Below, in pieces: positions 1 through 13,408 of a stretch of 64,000 nucleotides of DNA. Origin of the DNA: Balanoglossus misakiensis (taxonomy: Eukaryota > Animalia > Hemichordata). Made by a program: the position numbers and the translations under genes. Below the pieces are notes generated by a model. That model was given only the letters and a program-made list of their open reading frames with translations, searched no databases and was not told the DNA's origin. The stretch is taken from contig CM082591.2 of NCBI GenBank assembly GCA_040954595.2, positions 7,058,047 through 7,122,046 on the forward strand, read 5' to 3'. Position 1 is the stretch's first letter; each line of letters starts with the position of its first letter.

Positions 1-241
1 CAGCCCACGGTTCACTACAAGGCTCTTCACTGACGCGCCCTCAACCGTTTAGCAAGGAGAAGCCCCATATGTACAGTAGTCTCGCTTCCAGACCCTCGTC
101 GCTTCGAAAAGTGCGCCACGGGGCTGTAGATCCAGTAAATGAAATATGAGAACGCGAAAATTAATCCTCATGTAACAGTTGCCTCATTTGATATTGCAAA
201 AATTTCCTGTCGCGAAAATAACCCATATTTTACAGTATTTA

Positions 242-568
242 TTTAAGCAATAAAACACCCCCAGCCATGGTATACCACGAGATTTTGACCAGTTCATGAC
301 ATATACGCACGAGCGATAGCAAGTGTGTATATGGAGTTGAACTGGTCAAAATCGAGTGGTATACCATAGCTGGGGGTGTTTTATTGCTATTATATTATAC
401 CAGTATATTGAAACTTTGCATAAAACATTTTTAAAAGGCATTTTCTTTGACTATGAGTTTTGCGTGATATATGACTGTGGTATATGGCTAATATATCACA
501 GTCACGTGTCGTGTCTCGACCAATAAAAAAGCGTGATTTACACCATCAATATACTAGTATAATATAAT
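242..568 (-). mobile_element. Helentron-associated (HINE-like) non-autonomous element: long terminal hairpin plus subterminal inverted repeats
   Basis: Hairpin 245-389 (agcaataaaacacccccagc.atggtataccac / gtggtataccat.gctgggggtgttttattgct); subTIRs tatattataccagtatattga (about 391) and tcaatatactagtataatata (about 546). Confidence 0.65.
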
Positions 569-724
569 GGAGCATTTACGTGTATACAAGTGAATGTGTA
601 ATTAAAAACACCAATAAGGATCATTTACTGATTAAACAAATGTGTTATCCACACTAATGGAACAATGTGTAAACCCAGCTAGAATAATGTCCTTCAGTTT
701 TGTCATAAATGATTAATTAATTAC

Positions 725-3700
725 CTGCTTGTGTTGATGGCTGTCGTTTACAATTTGCCTGGCTGATACAGATAGATTTGTTTTGTTGCCAGACTGGGCG
801 TGGTTTGTGACTCTCTCTTCTCGAGGGGATACATGTAAGTGTTGCTTCCTACCACAACAAAGACAAACAAAAACAGTGAAAAAAATCAGCGACTATAACA
901 GCTTTTCTCTCAATCATGCAAGACTTTCATGGCTTCGTCCGGTCACACATCTTGGTAATCAGATGACTCCACTGTACATATCTACACAGTGGATTTTTTC
1001 TATTTGTCTTGTTTAACCCTTTCACCCCCAGTTCTCTTTTTAGAGGTCCAAACTTACCATAGAAAACAATGGGTATGGACTGAACCATGATGGTGAAAGG
1101 GTTAAAGTACTCTGAGTAACATTCGCTTAATATTTAAAAAATGAATTTTTACTTCAGAATCTATATTAACTTTGTGTGTAGCGAATTCCAAAATCACATT
1201 CATAAGTTGCAAATTAAATTTTTGTTGACTGATTGAAATTATCTGGAATAGAATTAGTAAAAATATTATAATCTGCGAATTATGTCATTATCTAACGTAC
1301 CAGGATGTGTGACCTTTAGAGGTCATGACTTGAACTTTAGAGCAAGCCAAAAACCTTGCTATCCCATCATGCCCTGGTTTATTTTTCCATCACTCTAAAT
1401 TTTACATGCCAGAAAATAAGCAATGATACTAATTAAGCCATGCATGATACACCTTGTGCTGTCTTCATAATCAATGCTTTTCTTTAGCAACTGTGTCTTC
1501 AGTGTTGTGATGACCTCTAAAAGGTCACACATCCTGGAACTTTCTGGAGGTCGGTCAATTCTCGCTACATTAAATAGGTTTTTACTACCTAGGTGAGTGA
1601 TGAAAATCTCATATGGTCGACACAATTTCAAGATGGCTCATTTTCGCAATTTTTAAGAAGTTTATAAGTGATACTGGGTCATTGTGAAACTTTGTAACAG
1701 AAAAAATAACAAAATATAAAAGACAACTTCAAAGTCAGAGAATTTTTGACCAGAGGAAGTCATGAAATACAGTAAACATATCATTTCTTCAAACTGTTAC
1801 TACAGTGAGTTGTCGACCTTTTACCCAGAATGCAATGATTACAATGTGATTTGATCCCCTCACATGAAGTAAAAACCTATTTAAGGTAGCCAGAATTCAA
1901 CATGTAACCACAGTTTTTAGTCGGTCATCTACATGCCACAAACTTGGCCAGGATGTGTGACCTTTGAGTGACCTCAGACCACCACCATGTGTTGCCTAGA
2001 AGTCCTGCGGGAGATGATGCAGCTATATTGTCTTAAAAGGTCAAGGGTTATTGAAGTCAGTGCTGTAATGCCGTAAGGGGTCAAAGTTCAAATATGTCAT
2101 GTGACTCACAACTTTTGGAAATATCAGTACTAAAACATTTATCTCAAAATCAACCAAGGTGATCGCATGATTTTATTTAATCAGTGACTTTAATTTCTCT
2201 TTACTTTCCTGTGCAAAATTTCAAGAATATGATAGTACAGATAAAGTTCTAGCATTTTTAAATGAACCCAATAGGAAAGGACAGATTCACTGTTTCCAAA
2301 GTGTGCATAAATTGCAAATTTGCTGGCAGGTTTTGTCTTCTACGTATAAAACAAATGCCACAGTACAGCATGTGATTTCAGTTACCCTCATTGGAGAAAA
2401 GAACATTACCCACAAACAGCAACCAGCCATATTAGAATACATGTACATGTAACTGCAGACATCCTAGTATAAACCAACACCGCACATCAGTGTTAATATC
2501 GTCAATGAAAATCTAAACCCACACATAACTACTTTCCACTGTCTATATTCCTGCCTCTTATCGTAATGTCATGATAGACATGTCAGATAGACACTGCATA
2601 ATTGTTTTCCAGGGAAATATTTCTATTAAAAGATTGTTGATAAAGTTGATCAAAAACAGAATTGTCTTTAAGTGTCCTGTTGCTTAAAGGGACAAATTCT
2701 CTCTCTCGCTGCCCATTTCCATTAATTATGTTTGATACAAGACACCGTTTATGTTATTCTACATGTGGATATATGGTGAATCAACGTTCAACCACACACA
2801 ACTTCCATACCGCTTGTAGGATATGAGAGAGAAAAAATCGCCAAAATGAATAAATGGTAGAGACCGATTATTTATTTTGACAAGTCTTTTTCTCGCATGT
2901 CTACAAGCGGGATGGAAGTTGTGTGTGGTCGAACATTCATTCAATATATATCCACTTGTAGAAAAACATAAATGGCGTCTTGTATCAAACATAATTAATG
3001 GAAAAAGGGCAGCAAGAGAGAGACTTTGTCCCTTTAAAGACTGATTCAAGTCCAATTTGTTGAATTTATTAAAGATCTTCATTGGCAGGTTTTGGATATG
3101 AAACATATCGTGGAATGTAGTTAATTGTTCTTTGATAAACACTCTACAGAACTGGACCATGGTGGACAACTTATTGCAGCATTTACAGTTTTCAAATGGG
3201 CAATTATGAGGCAGGGATGGACCAGTCCTGTATAGAGAACTACATCGTGTACATGTACAGACAGAGTTGACAGATGATGGACATGTGATAGACATGTGAT
3301 AGACATGTGACTGACATGTGATAGGCATGAGAATGATGGCATATGGACATGTGATAGGCATGGGATGACGTGGGAGTGGACATGTGAAAGATGTGATAAC
3401 ATAACATGCATAATACTGTGATGATGATGGACAGACATATAAACCAGGAAAGCTTTCTATAGTGATACTCTATAGTACCTGGCAATATTGTAAAACAGGA
3501 AATTTTCGCAAACGATAAATTTTCGCGAACTACGCAATAAGGCGCAAAAAAGTTGCAAAAATGTTTTTTGGAGATAACAAAACAGTGAAATACGAGAACA
3601 CAAATATTAATTGTCGCAAACAGTTGCCACTTTTGATATCATGAAAATTTGCTGTTGCAAAAATTTTCTGTTTTACAGTATATTCCATCATTGAAGCTTT

Positions 3701-6700
3701 CATAGTGTATAGTTGTGCGATCACTACATGCATGTAGTCGTATACGAATAAATTACCCCGTCTGGGTCCCCGTTTCACCGGTTGTCATGGAAACATAAGC
3801 CTTGGATGAGGTTGTTTTCGTGGGAGCAGAAGGTTGTGGTGCGTGTTTGTGTGTTGCTTCCTGGTCAGTGTCAGAGAGGTCACTCGTGCTACCGAAGTAG
3901 CGTTCGCGCCGCGCGAGTCTCTCGACCTCGCTCGTCGCGAAATCAGACTCGACACTGTGATTTCCTGCGGATGAACAAGGACGACAGATGACGTAATGGT
4001 GGCAGGGGGGGTCGCAGGTCAAGGCGGAGGAGCAGGGGTCCGAGTTCTCAGCCGAGTGTATGCCGTCGAACGCGGGATGCACCAGCCATGGGGTGTCAAC
4101 AGCCACAATTGATGGCCTACGTGTGTTTTCCCTAGAAACTGTAGAAAGCGCACTTGAAGTTGAATAGTTCATTTCACAAAGCAAACCCCCCCCAAAAACG
4201 TGCACTGTCAGAGGTTCCGTTAATTTTTTTTGCCATGCAAACTTCAATACACATTCAGAATTTACTTTGAGTAAAATGCACCAAATTGCATAGGCAATTG
4301 AAAGCCTGTAACAGAACACCACTGTACATTGTTACAAAGTTTAATCAGTAATGTTGCCCCAAGTGAAAATTGCAACATTTTTGTGTGTAAATGTTGCAAA
4401 GTTAAATGCAAGTTATTTTTAGATTGTAAGCCTTTCTCAATACAATTTGCATATGTCCAGTTGCTAAAGTCTTTGCGTAATTATGGTCAGAAATGCATGA
4501 AAAATGCAGGATTTTGCGTTAACGGAACCACTGCACTGTATAAAATTTGACATATCATTTTAGTAAGTCGGAACCCCATATTAGCCCTTTCACCCCCATT
4601 TCTCTGTACAGAGGTCCGACCTAACCATAGGACACAATGGATTAGGACCAAACCATGGTGGTGAAAGGGGTAAAAAGTGCATTGTGATATTAAAGGGTAC
4701 ACTCGGCATGAGAAGTCGGAAGTGTTCTTTGGTAAATTGTACATCTCTGTGCTGTCAATAGAACGGTGACATCAAAGACAGCCCCAACACACCCCTCCAA
4801 ATAATCAACTGGTCTGTTAGCAAGTATATGCATTGGAAGTACAGTCAAACTTGTGAATAGTGGCCAGTCAAGGGACTTTCCTAAACTGGCTTTTATAGAC
4901 AGGTGGCCTTTATAGACCGGTAAATGAATGTACATGTTTAATTGCACAGGGACTGTAAGACCATGTCCACTATATAGAGGTGGCCACTAACACAGGTTTG
5001 ACTGTATGCATTCCTATTTCACTCAAGAATTTCAGATATTCTTGTGACGAAAACACATTCATTTAGTATGATCACCGAATGCATAACACTTGTTCTGTGG
5101 TGTCATACTTCTGTAGAACTAAAAGTGGTAGCAAAGGTGTTCAATCAGTATGTACACTGTGCTGGAAGTGTCGCCAAAGGGGAGGGGGGATTTTCAATGA
5201 TGGGGAGGGGTTTCACGTGATGTAAATGGTGGGTGAAAAAACTGCAACACAGACACAGACCTTAACCGTCTTGACAGAAATGAAATCAGCTGAGCTGCCC
5301 TGTTGGCAGTACTCAACGAGTCCTTCATTTCTGCGCAACACAATATAAGGCGAAAAATGTTACATTGTATCTCGAACATTTTTCAGGTGTGGGGTCATAG
5401 CAAACAATTACTGACTGTCATTAAAGGTATACGGTCACCTGCAATTTACATACGCCCATGTATGTCAGAAATGAGTGTTCTAACAAACATATGGTGGCGC
5501 TCTTTTTTTTAGTGTGTGCCACCCACTGAAAATCTGTGATTGGCTAGATCTCAATTTGCCACGGTAACTGTAGCTATATTTGCATAGGTGACTGTATACC
5601 TTTAAGAGAATAGCAGACTGCTATGAAGACAATTATCAATTCAGGGTAAAAACACACAATTGCAAACTGCCACTGTATATTGGAAATAAGATTCTATTGG
5701 ATTATGTTGGATTTGATTTGTCTGGAAACGCCAATTATAATGCCAACATTGAGGTGAAATAGTTTGAATTTTGTCTGGTCAAGGTAAACACAGGAGTACT
5801 AGGGATTTCAACACACACATGTAATTCCATGCAAGATGTATGTGTCAAATATTTGTTATATTCAAAAACAGACAGCCAACAAATCCTCATGCAAAGAAAT
5901 TAGATATTGTAATATTTTTGTACAGGACATTTTTTATGGCATTCTTGTAGAAATGTTTACGGCACACCAGTTGCTTATTTACATAAATCTATTTTCTGTG
6001 AACAAAGCAAGTAATGCAAAATAACAGATGAAACGTGAAAAATCCTTCAACCTTTGTCACTATTTAGTAAGTTGGCATATCGCCTGGCCAATATAAATAT
6101 GTAATTATCTCAATCTTTAATTTGTATTGCAAGTGGAAACAAGTAAGATTTTCTTAGTAATTTTGATGAGGACTAGATCATTAATGAATCTATAAACATA
6201 GCCTAGGGAACACATATGAATCTACTTTCCAATTATTCTAAAATGGAACAGCCTCCTTATTTCTAACAATACTGAGACTGTTCCACACTTGTACAGAAAA
6301 TAGGGGAAAGCGGACATTCTCATGATTGCAAAACTTACCTGCACGACTGACTCTCCCTGATTTCTTTGTGGCAGTTACACTCGAACTGCGGTGATTGGAA
6401 TATGACCCTGTGTGCCCTGTGATACAAAAACGTAATTACGAACAGCTTGTGTTACACAGATCAGAGGGTTCTCCCCGCACTGGTTGGCCGTGGTCAGGAC
6501 TGACCAGCACTCAAGAGAAAAAGCCAGCAATCAAAGGCTGCCACAGTGCCAGCAGGCACTATTTTGTACTCAATCTAGTCTACTGTCACACATTGATGAA
6601 TGGGTATGACTTGCAACCTACATGAATATTAATGAGTATGAATATTAATTAGTAGCCAGCACTCAACCATGATAAATGTGTGATACAACAATATGACACA

Positions 6701-9700
6701 AAATAAATTCTTGTGAAGCTGACAGGTCACAAAATCTTGTTATTCACCTGTTGTTTGTTGATAGGTCGACTTTTTCAGTCCTTCTTCGACTGCAGGATGT
6801 TCGTGCTGTCGTCTGTGTTGCAGTGGCGGTTGTTGCTGCTGTTCGTGATGCTGTTGTGGTCTGCTGCAATAGACATTGTCATCTTCCACATCTTTAGCAA
6901 CGCCCGTATATCTGCACGACTCGCTCTTGTCCGAGTCGGCAGATTTCTGCCGCTGTCGGTTGCTAGTCAGCTGGCGGTTTGTTGGTCGGTTGTTAGTTTG
7001 CTCAGTGTTGTGGCACTGATCTGTCAGCTGCCTGGATGAGTTAGTTTTAGTGACTACATAGGAGGTTACGGTTGCGCTATTGTCGCCTTCCATGCTGCGT
7101 CTGCCTGTTGAACTACAAGTACCGCCACCACTACTGCAACTACCACATCTAGTACATGTTGACAAGTATGGGTATTAGTTTCAAATTTACATGTTACATG
7201 CTACTGTAAAACAGGAAATTTTTGCGTGCAATAAATTTGTGCGAACTACGTGAGATCCAAAAAAATGCGAAAACTAAAATTCGCATAAAAACGTTTTTTA
7301 AGATGCATTGAAATACAAGAATGCAAAAATTAATCATCGCGTAACAGTTGCTACTTTTGATATCGCAAAGATTTCCTGTCACAAAAATTTCCCGTTTTAC
7401 AGTAATTTAGAAGTTAAAGGGACAACAGCTATAACTTTTGGCTACATTTTCAGCATTTTAGTTCTGTGTAACAAATGCAATTTTTTGTTCTACTCCAAAC
7501 AACATGGTAATATACCCAGTACTCCACTTGTCAACATAACCTGTATGTGTGTAACCGCCATTGTTATTATTGACAAATGAATTCTAGTCTGCACTTGAAT
7601 TCAAATTTTGCACAATAGCAATGCTGACTATACACATACCTGTTCTGTTGCAAAGCTAAATGCTAGGTATTTCATCATGTTTCAGAATTTGAACAAGAAA
7701 CTTCAGTATAGCTGCATTAAGCACACATACTGAAATTGTAGCGAAAAGATACAGCTAATGGAGCTTTAAAGTAGTATGAGCCTCGAAAATCAGTCTTAAA
7801 CATTGTCTCATATCTTGCTCAAGGCAACTTAAAATTCCGTTCTCTTGAAATTGAGAATACTAATTAGGGGACGCCATGCTAAATTTTGAACCAGAGGGTA
7901 AAACTGTCTCAAATTTGAAAATCAAAATGGCCGCCACTCTCTATGTTAACTCTATGGAGAAAATTTAAAGTAGTGATTTTTTATACAAACAAGACAGTGA
8001 ACACCCAGAAGTCAAATGTTTGGAGGACTATTATTTTTCAGAAGATCTCTCCTCAAGGCCCATACTACTATGACATTATTTTGTTTACAATATAATGGAT
8101 ATATTTATATTGTTGAATATCAGACGTATTTTGTTCTATGTTATAAAATGCTTGGTATGGTTTCCAAAGCACGCATTAGAGGCATTAAACCATTCCTTTA
8201 CCATTTACCAATTTGCAATTGTTTTATAGTAAGCAGTTTAGCAGGATATATTAGGTAACAAGAATGAAACTACTCAGATTAACAAAAACTATTATTGGAG
8301 AGGGGATACATGTAGGATTGAACTAAACATCAAATTAATATATAAATAAGTATATATTCATCTTGGTAAATATTAAACTGATGAGTTCGATGATGTTATT
8401 TCTTAGCCGTATGTTAATTGTTATAAAGTAACCCTGCTGATGTCTTATCTTAATCATTCATCTGACATTATCATAGAGAACCCATAGTGATATATAGCTT
8501 GCATTTGCATGATATTCATTGCTATACTTATTTGCATCCTAGCAACTTTAACTGTATGACTATATTAATTTGATATTTATACAATACTTCTCGGTATCAG
8601 AATACAATAACTATATGCAAATAGCAAACATCTCTCCAGTGGTTATTAACAATTTTGTAATTTTTATGACAAATAAATATTGTTCTTTTTTACCTTGGCT
8701 GTGGTTGTGGGTAGCTGATTTGTGTGGCCGATGGACACCGACTGTTTGGATGACTGGATCGGGTCTTGGCAGAATAACCTAGGTAGAAATATGAAGTTCA
8801 TATTGAATCAAATATTTCATGAATATTAATTAGCTCATGAAAATTAATGACCAATCCTGGCTCGGGAGGACCATTGATATGATGAAGTTACAAAAAGCCT
8901 TAAAACGTAAAAGTGACATGTCAGAATTACCTCTGCATGCAAGCAATTGTACTTGGCCATTTTTGCTTAAAGGGCGATGATTGTCTTATAAATGCGCATG
9001 TACCAAACCAGAGACTCTTGTTATAAAAATCGTATACAGTTAATGCCATAAGGCTATGTGCTGTCCTAACAACAGACAAGATGGCAGCGACCATAGTCTG
9101 TGTCGGAAAATGGGAAAAGACAGCGAATTGAGTGTAAAGATGGGACAAAACTAAAGTCTACTTATACAGTGCGCATTATATATGGAAGGAAGCGAAGGCC
9201 ACTATTTGAATGCATCAAAAGCAAAATTCGCACAACATTTGGATTGGATGTAATGTTTGTACACATGAAATTACATACATGCGTATAAGACAATCGTCAG
9301 CCTTTAAGTTTAAGCAAACAACAACAAAAAAGCAAATGTGTCACAGCATGATTTTTGCAAGATGGTTAGGATGAGAAACAAATCATTTGAAATGATGGAT
9401 TCTGAGAGTGAAGTAATTGTACACTGACCTCTTTTCACAAAATCTGTGTAATCTGATTGCCGTCTTTCTTCTAGCTGTTCATCAAATGGCGAAGGGTGTG
9501 TCTTGATCGGACTGCCGTGTCCAGTTGATGGGCGGGACTGTTGAGGGCGCACCATCTGGTGTTGCAACTGTAACAAGTCTTGTTGTCTCTGTTGCACTGC
9601 TGACAGGGCTACCACATGCTGTCGGGTCAAAGGTCGTGACTTACTGCCACCTTGTGCGTCTTCTGTACTTTTGCCTGAATGACCCCATTCATACTGGTCA

Positions 9701-12700
9701 TCTGTACAAGAGATTCAATTATAATATAATAATAAACTTTAATACAGTACCAGCCTTATGTACACCATATTTTTACAGAAAGAAACAGTATCTGTCGCCA
9801 ACTGTAACAATGACGCACATTCTGTTCTCTGTCATCACTCTGTTACACGACGGGAGATTCAATTCCAAATGTAAGAATGGATATTGAATGTAATGTCACT
9901 TTGCAATAGTGACCCACACATCGCTAGAAACAATCTCATTCCATGGCAATGTTTTACAGATTCTACATTATACAATATTCCTGGTGTGTGTGTTCCCCTA
10001 GACTCTCTCACAGCCACTCTCGTCGACCATGCAGGCTTATACTCTGATTGCATGTGTGTCCGGTGAGAGGTTCGCTACACAACACTACATGGGGCTTTTC
10101 CTTTGCTAAACAGTTGAGGGCGAATCAGTGAAGAGCCTTGTACTGAACCGTGGACTGTGAGAGAGTCTAGTGTCCCCCCTACACAGCTGATGGCTAACAT
10201 GTCCACAGTAGTGTGCACATTAAATGGAACCATATGACTACTACTTTCAACCAATCAACAATGGGCCTACATGTGTTTTGCCTATTTTATGAATCAACCA
10301 ACCACAGATGGCTTACCTGCAAATTGTAAATCTGACAGATGATTGGCCACATACTGAGCAGCGAATGTTTTCTCGTGATGCGGACATATCCCATCCACAC
10401 CATTCATGGGAGCACTTGACATTCCTCGCTGTCCGGCTGTGTACCGGAATGTAGGGATTTCTGTTGTGCAAGCAATAACAAGAAAAAATATCAATGTTTG
10501 TTATTATGTATACAATATGTCTTTTTCGTAAAGAGGGTGCCCTTCCAAAACATTGTGTCATCTCCAAGTATATGATGCAAAAACGAGGCCAGTAGGTCAC
10601 AGAGTAAAAAACTTTATCGTCTTGTGTATCGTCGCTATAGTTGGGACAGACGTTCGACAGTCACATTTTTGTACGGTAAGTCTTACATGCAGCTTGTATG
10701 ATAATCAACAAATCAACCAAACTCGAGCAATACTCTGTGACGTATTGGCCTCGTTTTCGCGTCGTCTGCTTGTTTTGGAAGGGTGTCCTCTTTATGAAAA
10801 AGGTATCCATATCTAGGACATATTTTTCCCCAACCAGATTGATATGTTTGTAGATGACAAGAGCACCTGAAGGACATCTTCACTGAAAAAATGTCAATAC
10901 CAATCATACATAAAACTCTATCTTTCTAAGAAAAAAGTATGAATTTTCAAACTTGTAAACAATGAACTGCAAGACCTGGTCTCATAAAAATCCACAAACT
11001 GGTCTACAAAGAAAATGACCGGGATAACTTTGTACTATATGGGTACAGGTCAATCAAGACATTCTTTCAGTAATATGAGGTTATTACGAGGACATTAGCG
11101 CTCAGTATCGCCCGACGCGCAGCGGAGGCCGATGCGCTGCGCTAATGTCCAAGTGCATACTTTGCGGTATTTTCGTAATAACCTTATTATTATACATCTT
11201 ACATCTCTGTCAGTTCTTGTGTTGCATGTTACTTGGCTTTCAAAATGCCGATACAATCAATCGAAAACCACTCAGTTGACTCAGTGAGCAGCCATCTTTC
11301 TTTTTTGTTTACGTGTGCGCACGTGCGTTGGAGTGGGGGCGCCTTGAAACCGTCCGCATAACAACACATACCTGTACACGGTGAGTTGGGGCGCCTTGAA
11401 ACTCAAAACTTATTTAACACGCGTTCCGTACGTACTGTTCCGTACGGCTTTTTATTGCACCCCAAAATCTATTGTTCTCGGCACTAGATGTATAATAATA
11501 CACTGTATAGCGTTTATATTTTTTCAACTTTTTAAAAATTCTTTTGTATATTTCCAAATCAAATTACCTTTTTCACCGTGAGGTAGAATTCCATTTTTCA
11601 TGTAGGCATTGGTGAGTGCTTCTAAGTACTCAGCCTGTCGAAGAAAACAAAACAAAACATGATCAATTAAATTCCTATTTCCACATTCTTCATAAAATTT
11701 GACTTTTTAGGGTAAAAAAAATCAAATTTTGTAGTCAGGGGCATAAGCAATAAAAAGATTTCGTTATTCTAACATGAATTGATAAAAGGTATATTTTTTG
11801 TTTAAGTAAATGAGTTTAGTACATTTCACGCATGCTCAGCCTAAACATTTTTGTGTGTTTAACACAAGCTTACTGCACTACATGTACGTTATCTATACTA
11901 CTAAAATAATCATTTCTTTAACCCTTTCACCCCCTGTTCCCTCTTTAGAGGTCCAACTTTACCATAGCAAACAATGAGATTGGGATGAACCATAGTGGTG
12001 AAAGGGTTAAACAAACTCACCTTTCTTGCTTTCTCTTCTCTGTCTACTGACGAACTCTCGTGACGATTGTAATGCAGTCTGCTTGTTGAGTGACTATCTT
12101 TGGGCATGACGTGCTGGTATCGGATGATTTTGGATGTCACCTGCAAACAGAGATCAAGATTTCTGGTGATGGTACTTTATCACACTCCTGGCATGCTGAG
12201 AGTGTGGGATCAGAGTGTGAGAACAAATCGATCCCACACTCTTACTGAATCGAAAGCTGTATATGACGCGAGTGCTGATTGGCTGACAAAACGTTCTGTA
12301 ATAACACGCGCTAAATGGTAACCAATGGCGCAAATTATTGAGACAAACTACAACATGTCATAAGGTCAGTCAATGATTCTAATGCAAATTTGGCTAATTT
12401 GTGGTCGTGTGAGAAATAGAATCTCACACATCAAGGACCTGGGATCATATTTCTCACACGAGTTTTTCTTTTTGTCCCAGACAAGCCGTAGGCGAGTGTG
12501 CACATGCAATTTTTTATGTCAGTTTCAGACCTAGAATGCCTTAGAAACATTTCAATGGGTCTCGTCGGAATGGCATATGTGTGTCACAAAAACCTACACT
12601 CAACACTTCCAGACAATCTAACCTTTTCATCTCTTCTGCCACTACCAGCAGATACAGAGCCCTCTTTCTCATTCTGTGGTGACTGTCTCTTTCCGTCGTC

Positions 12701-13181
12701 GAATTTCTCTGTCGCTTGTGGATTCCGTTTGCGATCCCTCTCTTTCCGTGTCTTCAACTTCTTCTTCTTTTGTAACTATTAACAGTGAACATTGAAAGGG
12801 ATGTTAACTTCTGGCTTTATTATCAGCATTTGTATGTTCTGTGTATCAAATGTAATTTCTTGTTCTACACCAAAATTAATTCTAAGTCTAAATTCTTTAG
12901 TCTCCTGATAAGTGAGTCATGTGACTCACAAAACAACGATGTAGAGATTATACCACCTATTTCGCAGCTACAGTTATTTTACATGCATACCGTACATACA
13001 TACATACATACATACATACATACATACATACATACATACATACATACATACATACATACATACATACATACATACAGAAATACATACAGAAATACATACA
13101 TATATACAGAAATACATTCATACATACATACATACATACATACATACATACATACATACATACATACATACATACATACAA

Positions 13182-13260
<79 letters not shown>

Positions 13261-13374
13261 CAGACAGACAGAAATACAGAAATACAGAAATACATACAGA
13301 AATACATACATACATACATACAGAAATACATACATACATACATACATACATACATACATACATACATACATACA

Positions 13375-13408
<34 letters not shown>

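Noticed and set aside
2759-3485. 200-aa and His/Met-rich ORFs
   Set aside because: They span a palindromic MITE and an 11-bp low-complexity repeat; no protein motif.
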